DNA from: Cenococcum geophilum
Taxonomy: Eukaryota
Reading direction: 5' to 3'
DNA length: 64,000 nt
Assembly (NCBI GenBank): GCA_050273025.1
Contig: CP158636.1
Location: forward strand, 12,152,001-12,216,000
The notes beneath the pieces are model-generated. The model ran no database searches and was not told where the DNA came from. It saw only the letters and a program-made list of their open reading frames with translations. This document shows positions 25,964 through 38,138 of this stretch, one piece after another (positions within the stretch are counted from its first letter, which is position 1; the number at the start of each line of letters is the position of its first letter). A program made the translations under genes and the position numbers.

Positions 25964-27261
25964 TGTTTGAATGTAAATAGGTCATATGACCTGGTCATGT
26001 GACCTGTTTCGCTTCCGTCACTTAGACCCACTTTCTATAGAGTATGTAGAGGCCTACGTGGCCTACTTAATAGAAGTCAGTCACATCCACACAGAGCATA
26101 CTAGTACTATACGTCTATAGTGCTATGTGCCCCGTAGAGGACTTACCACCCAGGAGACGCTTTATATTACGCAGAGTGATATAAATATTAATTAATAAGC
26201 GCTATAGATTAAAAAGCGTACTCTAATAAGGGGCTTATTTAAAGAGCTCCGTATGCGAAGGTTATAAGATTTTATATGCAAAGCATCGAATAGCTAATAA
26301 GGCTCGTATACGAAATATCGGAGTAACTACAAAATGTCCTTAAACCCCTTATACCTACCTACCTTCCTTTACCCGCTTTAAAAGACACTCCTAACGCCCA
26401 AAGGAGAGCGGTCGCAAAGCAGTTTCAAGCCTTAACTTAGTCCACTAAATTAATCGACCTACGTACGCCAGACGATCCTTTCCTTAACAGACTACGGGCC
26501 CTTAAGCAACGTAGTCCCTAAATAAGCAATACGAGCAAGCCTTGAAACACTCTTAATACCCTACAGCTTCGCAGACCTCGAAGCCCCTATATACCCGCCA
26601 CCCGCTACCTGCCACCCCTTATACTCTCTACCTATTTGTAGACCCGTAACGCTCTTGGTAGAACAGTTATAGGGCACCTTTAAACCCTAAACAATTGTCT
26701 ACTTAACAGACTTCGAACCCGTGCTAGGGCCCTTACGGCTACACGTTCCTATACCCTTAACGCTGCTAAGGAATATATACAAGAGGGTACCAGAGTTAGA
26801 GTTACGGAGTCCCTAAATAAGCAGACGGTAGTGTGGATGGGTTTTAGAGGAGATACAGGGAGGAGAGTAGAGAGGGAGAAAAAGGATATAAGAGGTTGGA
26901 TGTTAATATAGTTAATATATATAGGCCTTAACGAGTCAACATATAAGCCGTAATAAGTCTGCGTTATAACTTATATATTACGGTCTTATATAAACACTAT
27001 ACGGACTATAACAGGCTAAACTTCAAAGTGCTCCTAGTGTTTAAATGTAAATAGGTCACATAACCTAGTTATATAACCTGTTTCGCTTCCGTTACTTAGA
27101 CCCACTTTCCATAGAGTATATAGAGGCCTACGTGGCCTACTTAATAGAAGTCAGTCACATCCACACAGAGCATACTAGTACTATACGTCTATAGTACTAC
27201 GTGCCCCGTGGAGGACTCACCACCTAGGAGACGCTTTATATTACGCAGAGTAATACAAACA
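25964..27261 (+). mobile_element. Non-autonomous small LTR element (TRIM-like, Copia-type ends), 1298 bp
   Basis: 224-bp LTRs at 25964-26187 and 27038-27261. 5-bp TSD GAAGT. The ~850-bp interior lacks a recognisable pol. The junctions after the 5' LTR and before the 3' LTR resemble those of the Copia at 38259. Confidence 0.88.
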
Positions 27262-28671
27262 GAAGTAATATACGGTAGAGTATAAAGTAGGTTAAATTCC
27301 ACTAAATGCCTCTATCTTTAATAAGCAAAAACTCTATATAATTAAATAGTTCGTCCTCTATATAGGCCTTAAGCTAACTTTTAGTAAAGTTTTTACGGCG
27401 TCCTATTAATTATATAATATATTTAATAATATTATAAACTTTACTAACGAAGCCTTTCTATTATATAAAGTTAAATTTAACTTAATCGCTTGCACTAATT
27501 AGCAAGCGCTTAAGCTTACTTACGACTTTACTATATATTAGGGCCTTAATAATAAGGTTAACAATATAGCTAATATACTAAAGCCGTTCCTTTTTGGATA
27601 CTAAGAGGTTTTATAAGAGGTAATTATAGAAGTTATTATTATTGCCGGTATTATTAGTTATTAAGCAGCTAAGCTTATAATTAAATCAATACTCCTAAAT
27701 CACTATTACTAAAGCCGCTACTATATTCTTAGTATTATATAATCCTTATAGTTATAGAAGGCCTAAAAGCGCTAATTAAAGCCTGCTATCTTTGTTAATA
27801 AAATAAGCTACTATACTAAGTAGTAACATCCCATTTATAAACGTCTAGATATTATAGCTAAGGTAGATTTTACTAAGTGCAGTAAGAAGAAGGTCTTTAA
27901 TATTAACGCGTTGCTATTTAAAGGCGACTTTAATCTAATTGCTTAATAATATAGGCGCTTTTATAAGTGTTTGTATTAACTTAATAATATAGGTAAGTTA
28001 TATCCAGGGGCACGAAATACGTATAGTATCGTATACTCTTTTAGATGATAGTAACTATTAATTCTATTAAGGTAGACTACGTAGTCTATATACTAACGTG
28101 CCCTCCCCCTAATTAGTTAGTGCTTTATAAGTAAGTAGTTAGTGCACTAAACGCGTAAATACGCGTTTAGTACACTAGGTGCTGTAATTATATACTAGCG
28201 GCACTTAAAAATAGACCCACTTATATATAGCCCCCGTAATTGCTTTAACAGAACTATAGAATATAAAAAGAATATATAGGAAATCCCTCCTAAGGTGTCT
28301 TCTGGGCTGCCTTTTAAACGGTGCTCTAAGCTAGCTATAAGTCCTATTTACGGTCCGTAAAATAAACCGTACGGCCTTTTAATAGGCTGTAAATAAACTA
28401 TACGGCCTTTTAACGAGCCGTAAATAAACCGCAAGTACTCCATTAGTCTCGTTCCACCTATTCTATAACATTTAGATTAAGCTTATTTATATTAATTAGG
28501 GGTTTAAGAGCTTAGCACGGCTTTGCCTTAGTTATAGCGTCTACTAGGTTATCTCCGCTGCTAATCCATCTAACCTTTACAATTTTACGCCATTCGTAGG
28601 CCTAATATAAGCACATTAGGTCGACTATAAGCCTCTTCTCTTATATTGTACCTAGTTTAACTACACAATTA

Positions 28672-29686
28672 GTAGTAGTAGTAGATCTTTGATTAACGTC
28701 TGATACGGATCCTATCTGGCCCACGCAGACTACTCCGTCACAGGGGGAAAACTTATAGTTTACATGAAGAAAACCCTGCAGTTGGGTTGGGGGAGGAAAA
28801 ACCCTATGAGCCACCTCAGTAGGATGAAAAACCCCGATTTGCCATGTCCGTCCATAGCGGCGGCCCTGCGGGCCTACGGCTACGTCCTGTCCTCCTTAGA
28901 TGTTCGAACTCCTTAGGAACCACTACTTCCTTCCTTAGCTTATCCAGACTAGAGTTCACTACGTCCTAGCTAGGCCTTGCTAATTGATTGCTGTATGCTT
29001 TGTGTTCCATATCTTGACCATCCCCTGTGTGCTATCTCTTGTAGACCATTGCCATATACGCTATGCCTCCCCCCCCCTAAGGCCTATCGAAGACGTAAGG
29101 GGGATTCATCCGTTCTACTATCCTAATACTAAAAGCCGAAAGCGGGATGTGTGTACCTAGGTATCTTTTGTGCCTAGGCCCCAGTCACTAGGCCCTCTCT
29201 AGGGGCACCACTCCGTCGAGAGGAGACAAGGAAAACCATACGGGGTTGTATCCGGCTATCGCTTTAGTAGTATTACGGCAGTACGGCGAGTGACCGCATG
29301 CTCCGCGGGCGATCGCCCTGGGGGTTAGGAGGGGCCGTATATTTGCTCGTTCGTTCGCTCGTCCGCTCGTTCGTCGATGTAAGGTCGTCGATGCTTTCAA
29401 CTGGGGGTCGGGGGATGTTATCGAATACCGTGCATCCATGTTGGATCGTACAGGTGCCCCGGATAGGAGAACAGCGTAGTGGTCGTCGTATGTAGAGAGC
29501 CAACAGTAGTGGTTTTTAAGATCTCACCATCTGAAAATTTTTCACCACCGCCCTCAACGCCCACAACCACCACCAGGTCCTGTCCGCACGCTGTGCGACG
29601 TCTCTGCGTTGGCTCTGGATCTGAACTTCGAAGACCAGGTTCGTAGCCGTCACCACGTACAGGTGCAGAGTCCGATTTCAACGGCC
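28672..29686 (-). mobile_element. Non-coding SINE-like retroposon (~1015 bp, probably 5'-truncated), related to 49786-50936
   Basis: 15-bp TSD TTAACTACACAATTA at 28657-28671 and 29687-29701. (TAC)n tail. GC-rich. Colinear similarity to the middle and 3' end of 49786-50936. Confidence 0.85.
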
Positions 29687-30521
29687 TTAACTACACAATT
29701 ATAAAGGGACTTTAAATTAGTGTATAGAACTAGGGGTAATTACTCTAATTATAGGATCTTCTGGATTGTTAACTTAATTGCGGCTCCTATATTAAAGCCA
29801 TAAGCTAGTATACTGCGGGTTACTTATTTATATTTAATTAAAGACTAATATAGTATATTTACGTCCTAATTATAGTCTATAAGTATAATTACGAAGCTAA
29901 TTTATAATAATAGGTCTCTATTATTAGCGAAGGAGGCATTTGTAAATACTAGTATACTAAGGGAATTTAGGTCTAGTAGTATAAAAGTAAGTCCTCTTAT
30001 TATATTGTTAATTTGCTACTAAATACGCTTATTAAACTGCTTAATATTTTCCTTTTATAGATCTATTGCCTAGGCTGTAAAGGATAAATTATAGGCAGAT
30101 TTAGGTTAATAGACTGTAGTAATATAGGCGCCTTTTACACGCTATATAACGTATTAGTCCTTTATATTTATAGTTTTACGGGTCTCTTTATGGGAACTAG
30201 TAAGGTCCGTAGGCTTTACTATAATAAGCCTTAGGTTTTAAGCTTAGCGTTTCTAAGTTAGCTTAATTAGGTTACCCTTTTATATAATTAAGCCTCTATT
30301 AAATTTAATTAGAGTCTACTTAGTTAACTACTCTTATAGCTTTACTAGAAACTTAGCCTTTTATAATTTAGTCTCATTAGCGTCTATAAAAGTCCAGTCT
30401 ACTAAAAAGAGGGTATTATCTATTTAGAGTCTAATAATACTAAGGCCGTTTAATGGGGTGTATAGAAGGCAGAGGTTGTAGGTTAACTGTTCCGTTTTAA
30501 GTTTATTAATATAATACTAGT

Positions 30522-31696
30522 CAAGGAACACCAACAATCGTGATCCGACCCGTGTTGCCGTACGGGGGTTCCTTCCGTCTCATTTAAACCCTACGGTTTA
30601 CCTAAGAGTGAGGATTACGTCGAATACTGGTGCAGCGACGTTACGTCGTGGCTAGTTGAGGGTTTGTTAACTTCCTCTTCGACGCCACCAGATTTATAGA
30701 GTTTTCACGAGCCTTGGCATTACCAAAGCACAACGGAAGACAAACAGAGGAGACCTAGCGATAACTATCCGATGCTCTGTTACCTAGGCCGACCGGGGGC
30801 CTAGGGCTAAAAGCCAGCCTACTACTGGCTAAGGATCTGACAGGATAATAGGACACCTCTATACCGGGCCACAATAGAAGCCCTTACCCTTATACCTCCG
30901 GAGCTAGGGACCAGGACCTTGGATAAGGTGCAAGAGCAAGGACAGTAGCAGGTTTAGTTAGTAGATGGCAAGGGCTACTAGCTACACGGCGTTAAGTTAG
31001 TAAAGCCTCCATCTGCAAGACACGATCGGCTTATTATTGCGAGAGCGTTACAGGTAACGCGAAGGGGCTACCTATAGCCGTAGGGCGTGGTGTATAATGG
31101 CAGCGACAGCTGACACTGTCTATACAGCCTAAAAGGACGGATGCGCGTGTTGGTTTACTATTGTAAGCAAGCGGTAACTTGTATAGTAGGCTTAAGGTGC
31201 AAATCAGGTGCATATAGGAAGGGGCCTGCTTCTGGCTAGGGCGTAGGCCCTTATAGAAGCCTGCTTAGTGCTTATAGTTACCATAAAGGTGCTATAGCGC
31301 TACCTAGGCGGAGACTATGGTAGAGGGCTTAGGCAGGTAGGCCATCCGTAACTCTACTTTGTATATAGTTAAGGCTATATAGGAATGCAACTGGGGAACG
31401 GAACCTAGGCCCTAGCTATATACCCCACTGGATAGACCCAGGAGTACGCATTAAGATGGCTTTTCTATAGCGCCTTAAAGAGACGTCTACTTGTGCTTAG
31501 CAGTTACTAATTAGAAGAGAGGCTATATAGGCCGTATAATAAGCTATATAGGCCGTATAACAAGAGAAGGAGAGGTTTTATCCGGCCTTAGCGGTACGGT
31601 TCCCCTCTTATACATGTATATATATATACCCATATAGACCCGCTATATAGACCCTAACGGGAGCCGTAATAGCGTAATTAAATATTATAACATAAT
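30522..31696 (+). mobile_element. Non-coding SINE-like retroposon (~1175 bp) with structured 5' head
   Basis: 13-bp TSD ATATAATACTAGT at 30509-30521 and 31697-31709. 5' ~220 nt homologous to the head of 49786-50936. Degenerate (ATAAC)n tail. Confidence 0.85.
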
Positions 31697-34600
31697 ATAT
31701 AATACTAGTAATATATTTTAAACTAGTGGTTTTTAGCTTCCAGTACTCTATAAAGGGGTTTTATAACCTATAAAATTATTCCTAGTTATAAATTAAGCTT
31801 AAGGGGTAGTTATATAAAGATGTCTTTACTTAGGTAGGTGTTAGACTATATATAGGCTTATAAGATATCCCGTAAGTAGAGGGCTACGGGTTTAGTTTAC
31901 TATAGTTTAGGCATAAGTGCGAGTATAATTTATTAACTAACTTATTAAATTATAGGCAATTACGTAAGGACTAAGTTCTTTCTTTAGTTATTATAAGCTT
32001 ATATAACAAGCCTTAATTTCTTAAAGGCTTTATTAGTACTAGGGTGCTTAATTTTGTTAATAAAGTATAAGTTAAATATACAGACGCCCTTTTTAAATAG
32101 TCCGTTAATCTCTTTATATTATAAGTCCGTAAAAGGGTTTTTCTAGATTAAGACTAATATATCTATAGGTGGAAGTTGCCTTGCGGATATGCTTGTAGAG
32201 ATTAAGTAATTCTTTATTATAGGGTTTTTAGTTACGGGGTGTTTTTAGGGGCGTCCTCGACTATATTTTATGGTAGGTTTAATAGGTTTAGTAAGTTTGC
32301 GGGGGACTTCTAGAGTAGGTAAGGGTACTTTTAATTTATCTAGTTTAATATTATAGGTATTTTTAGACTAAAAATAGGGTTTTATAAACGTGCTTCTAAA
32401 GCTAGTTAGTCCGCTAGGGAGTTATACGCGGTATGTTTTATCTTTTATAGCTAGTAAATAATAAGGTCTAGTTTAATTGCCGCTTTTACACTATATAAAG
32501 ATTTTAGAATTAAGCGGGAGGTTATATACTAAGGTTGTATTAGGTCCGTTATAGTAGTATAGAGCACTATTAACAGCCTATTTAGCCCGTAACTTAACTA
32601 TTTCAGCTATTACCTTCCGTATTATAGCTGCTCGCTTTATAATAGATGGGGTAGAAGGGTTTAGGTTGCCTATTCTTAGGTAGGCTCCGTAAACTAAGAG
32701 GGTAGGTACTAGTTTATTAGGGCTAGTAGTATTATTAATGGCTTTTACAGCTATCTATAAAGCTAGTTCCTTTTAGATATCCTTATACTTGTCTATAATA
32801 ATCTAGTAGGCTCTTTATAAAGCTAGGTAAGCTTACTTAATAAGTTTAATAGACTAATACGCCTTAACTAGAACGGCTTTTATTAAAATAGCCATCGCTA
32901 TAGCGTATTATTAGGATTCCTTGCTAATAAAGTTCCTACTAGTATTATAGGTAATATACTTAGGGGGTCTAATATATATATTAATCTAGCAGGTCTATAA
33001 AATATCCTAAGTAGTTAAAATTAAGGTCTTTATAAAGAGTAAACTTAAATTAGCCTAGGGAACGTCTATATTTCTAGCAGAAGGAGCAGTATTTAGTTAG
33101 GTAGTTAATTGCCTTCCTATTAACGTCGTTATATCTAGAGCGTTTAAGGACTCTATATAGCTTTTCGGCTAATAAGTGGCTAAAACAGCGGTATAGGCGG
33201 TAGATTTCTATACTGGTGAGGTAGTATAGGTTATAGTTAAAAGATTCCTAAATATAGATTTACAAAGTCTCTCCTTATATAAGGAACGGGTGTCTAAATT
33301 ATTATATAATTAGTAGGGTAATATGCTTACTTTCTAGGCAATTATAGGGCTAATTAGGGTGTCTGTAACATTGTTATAATAAACCTATAACCTATTTATA
33401 TCTATAAGGCAGAGTAGGAAAGTATTATAGCTTATATAAATGCCTCTAAACTAAAGCTTGTAGAATGCTGTATTATAAAGATACTAAGCTAAGGAGAAGA
33501 GGAGATGTATATATAGGAGGTAGAGGCGTAACATATACGCGTTATAACACTAAGTCCTTAGCTAAACCCCTAACTAGGCTCCCCGTCCAGGTTACGCGTT
33601 ACAGTGCTATAACATTACCCCCCCCCCCTTTAAAAGAAAGCCTGCCCTTAGGCTTTATTAGAAACGAAGTAGAACTAAAAAAAAGAAAACGTAAGTATAT
33701 TTAGACTAAGTATATAAGGCGACCATAGGTTATATAGAAGCGCTAGAGTGGAAAGGGTAGCTGCTAAAACTCTTAGTAAAGATCTAGCTAATTAAAGAAC
33801 TTTAACTGGCGGTTAAAGTTCCTAGATATCTAAAGGCCTTATATAACGCGCAAATCTAGGTAGCTGTATGTTATAGTAGGCTTCGTTCCTTAGGCCTTAG
33901 GACGTTCTCATCTCTATACTCTTCTAGTAACTTATTATCTTTATTATATTAATATTCCATCTACTTATCTAGGTACTTTAGGGGTCTAGGTAAGTTAGAG
34001 TATTAATTATAAAACTCTTTAAGCTTTTAGGGGTAGCCTATAAAGTTTTAAGCGGGGTACTAGGTTAGGTCTAGGTTATAGCCCTTTTATTAAACACGGT
34101 ATTTTAGCGCTTTTCGCACTAGCTTATATACTAGTATTTCCTTAACTTCCTATTTATTATTGCCACTGACTTAAATTAGTAGGGGAGGCTTATTCTTCTA
34201 TCCGGGTAATAGGTTACTTATAGCTTTCTATAACTTATCTGGTAAGAAAATAGGGTAAACTCTAATTAAATCCGGGAGCTTTACCTTATATAAGTTGCCT
34301 ACCTTCTTTAGGACCTCGTACGGTCCTGCTATTTAGTAGTCTAGCTTACGGCTAGGCCACTTAGTCCTCTAATTCTTTGTTATAACCTAGACCCTATTAT
34401 TAGGGGTAAAGTTAGGTTCCCATTAGTGTTTATTCGCCTACTATTCTATTAACCTTTAGGCTTTTTCTAAGTTATTATAGGCTACTATCCAGGCCTCTTC
34501 TAAGCGTTTAGTATACCGCTAGGCCTTACTATAGGATAGTCTCTCCCGTATAGTCTAGGGTTCTTTTAATCTTTTCCAGTTAAAGCTTATGCGGAGTAAG

Positions 34601-37600
34601 TAGCCCATGTTTAGCTAAATAGGGGCAAACCCTGTGGAGTTATAGGGTAGAGTTACTTAGGCATAGTTTATTAGGGGAAGTAGTTTAAACTAGTTATCCT
34701 AGAAGTAGTTAATAAAGGGCTAAAGTCTCTAGTCTAAATACTAATTTATAATCTCTATCTAACCGTCTATTTAAGAGTAATACACTATAGAGAGCTTTAG
34801 CTTAATATCTAGAATCTAGGTAAACTTGTTCTAGAAGGCTAATATATAATAGTATCTAGTAGTCTGTAAATTTAGTAGACGTAGTAAATATATAGCTAGG
34901 CCGCCTCTTTAGCATTAATATTCTTATAGCAGGGGATTAAGAATAGGCGCTTACTAAAGCGGTTAACTAGGATTATAACTATATTATATCTATTACAGTT
35001 TATAGGTAGTTTATAGAAGTCTATAAAGATATATTACTAGGGGCACTCTAATATTAGGAGCGGTTTTAGTAATCCTAAGGTCTTATCTTATAGGATTATA
35101 GCTTTTTAGTAGTTGTCGCAGTTCCGTATATATTAATTAATATCTATAGCTATTTTAGGCTGGTAGTAGCGGCCGCTAATAATTTTATAGGTTTTATTCT
35201 TATTAGGGTATACCGTAAAGACTTAGCAATAGGCTTCACGAATTAGTTTAGTCTATAGATTGTTAACATTAGGGATTATAAGTCGCTCTTAATATAGGAG
35301 TAATTCTTTCTTTATTTTAAAATTGGGGTTTCCTCTTACAGCTTAATCGCGGAGGGCCTTTAGGGCGTTAGCCGTGCGGTTTATAGTTAAGAGGCGGTTA
35401 ATTAGCCCTATTAGTTTATCTAAGGACTCCTCTATTAGTGCTAGCTCGTTTTACTAAAAGTCTAGCTCCTTAAGGATCTGTGGGTTAAGCTATTTAGGAT
35501 AAAGAAGCGCGCGCGTCCGGTATTAGGTCTTTAGCTTATCCTAGGGTCCTATATCTTATTCTCTTTAAGTTAGGGTATTAGCCTTAGAGTTTTACTTACT
35601 AGAACGATATATAATTATAAAAAAGAATTAGGAGAGTACTTTGGCCTACTAGGCTTATTATTTAGTAAGCTGCTTTATAGTTATAAAGTACTTTAGGGCC
35701 TTATAATCTATATATATCTTAATCTAGGAGTTTATACCTTTAAGCTTTACGCGCTATTAAAATAGTAATTAAATAATAGCTAGTATTTCTTTATCGTGTA
35801 TTTTATAGTTATACTTAGCCGAGTTTATTATTTTTAAGAAGGTAATAGGGTACTATTCGCCGTCCTAATATAGCTATAATAGGATTCCCGCTATAACTTT
35901 ATTAGAAGCGTCCGTTTCTAATATTAATTTAAAGTCTAGGTTATAGTAATAAAGGATTAGAGAAGAGATAAGCCGCTCTTTTAACTCTTTAAAGGCTTCT
36001 ATATAGTTACTATTAAAGATAAAGGGCGTGTCTTTCCGGGTAAGTTATATAAGAGGCTTAGCTATAACTTTATAGTTATAGATAAACCGGTAGTAGAAGT
36101 TATAAAAACTAAGAAAGGACTAGATCCCTTTTATAGTATAAGGGGGTTTCTAGTTATAGATTACTTTAACCTTCTTAAGATTAACTTTAATTCCTTTTAT
36201 AGTAATAATAAACCTAAGGTACTTTATATATTTTACTCTAAATTTGTATTTCTTAATATTAACTTATAAGTATACGTTTTGTAGTCTCTCTAGGACCTTC
36301 TTTATATAAACTTTATACTTAAGTTCGTCGTCTAAGTATATAAGGATGTCGTCTAGGTATACTATATAGAATTTATTAAGGTAGTTAAAAAGGATATTAT
36401 TTATATACCTTTGGTATATAGCTAGCCCATTTATTAGTCTAAAAGGAAGGACCTATAACGGGTACGGAATGTTATTAAATCTTTAAATATAGGGTCTATC
36501 CTAATTTGGTAGAAAGCTTAGCGGATATTAAGTTTAGTAAAGATCTTTGACTAGCTTAGACGTATAAGGGTCTTATTAATTAAAGGAATAGGATACTAAT
36601 CCTTTTAAGTAATAGCGTTTAGCTTTTAATAGTCAATATAGAAATAAAGGCCTTTATTAGGCTTTTTTTATAAATAGGATAGGGGAAGTAAAAGGGGCTT
36701 AGCTTAGCTTAATAAACCCTTTATTAAGGTTCTTAATTAAGTACTACTTTATTACTTTTAGCTTATCTATTAATTATTAGTATAAAGGGCTATATCCTAG
36801 CGAGTTATTAGCTTTTAATTAAATCCTATAATTATATATCTGGTAAAGAGGTAACTCGTCTAAAGCCGCTTTTAAAAATACATTCTTATATCCCGTATAA
36901 ATAGTAGGGAGAAGGCGTTTAACTAGTTCCTTATTAGTTTCCTCAGCTAGCTTTTCTTCCCTCTTATTAATAATCTGCTTAATTTTGTATAAGCTAGTTA
37001 TAAAGACCTTATTATCCCTCATATATATATTAAAGTGGAATGCTATAGCGCTAATTGCTGTAATATCTACTATAGGGGGGTCGTGTGACAATGGGGGTAT
37101 ATAGGACCTTAGGGGCTTCCGGGGTAAAGGCGTTATTATTACTTTTTTTAGCTCCTATCGCATCTTTTAGAGGTTATCTCTTATGTCCTATTAGTATGTT
37201 CTCTTCTATATTAGTTAAATCTATATAATTTAAATATCGTCTATATTGCTATCTATCCCACTACCGTATATAGAGTTTTTATTAACTGTAGCGCTCCGGG
37301 GAAGTATCTTTATTAGTATAAAAGAGTTCCTTCTAGCCTTATAACGGGTATCTTCTTAGGCAAAGGCTAGGTTGTGGTCCCTAACATTCTACTAATAGGT
37401 AGGGTTAGCCCTCGCGGCTAGTATCTTATGGTTAGTTCGGATTTCCCTAATAAAGGAAGGTAATTTTGGTCTATCCTCTAGCTAGACAAATTATCTTTAT
37501 TATATATTTAGCCAAATATTAAAATAAGATATCTATTTTCGGCTAAAGATTATATTATAGGACCTTAGGTCTAGGATACAAAAGGGGATACTATACTGGC

Positions 37601-37998
37601 GTTGTTCGTTAAGAGCGATATATAACTTTAGGATATAGGTAACTAGCTTACCGGCCTAACCGTTATATCCTCTTATTTAAATAGGCTTCTTTGGTCTAGT
37701 GGCTTTTATATTTAGAAACTTAGTAACATTATTTATATAGGCAGTATTTATAAAGGTAAAGCTATTTGCTCTAGTGTTAATAAGGGCGGTTATATTAATA
37801 CTATATCTATTTTAAAATACTATATATAGAACCGTAAAGTATTTTCTACCTATTAACTAACTTAGATTAATCTTTTTAAGATTAATAGGGTACCTTAGGG
37901 GGGGTATTGCGGCGATTGCTAGTTAAGGGCGTAGTACGCAGTAGTAACCGCTTTTAGAGTAGGGACTGCTATAGCTTATCTTCCTACTCTAGCTCCTA

Positions 37999-38138
37999 TC
38001 CCTTAACCCGCTGGTATCCTCTGTTATTGATAAGATAATAGTCCGTGTGTATGGAACACCAAAAGTTCGTTAATTTAGGGCTCTTTATTGGCTAAAGTCT
38101 TATCGATAACTGGGCGCCAGAACCGACGGGTTAAGGGA
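37999..38138. mobile_element. Putative 140-bp MITE inside the Gypsy gag
   Basis: 12-bp TIR TCCCTTAACCCG/CGGGTTAAGGGA flanked by TA on both sides. Absent from the sister Gypsy copy at ~9000. Confidence 0.65.

Noticed and set aside
33465..33704. Duplicated ORFs at 33465 and 47044 as paralogous genes
   Set aside because: They are the two LTRs of one Gypsy element.
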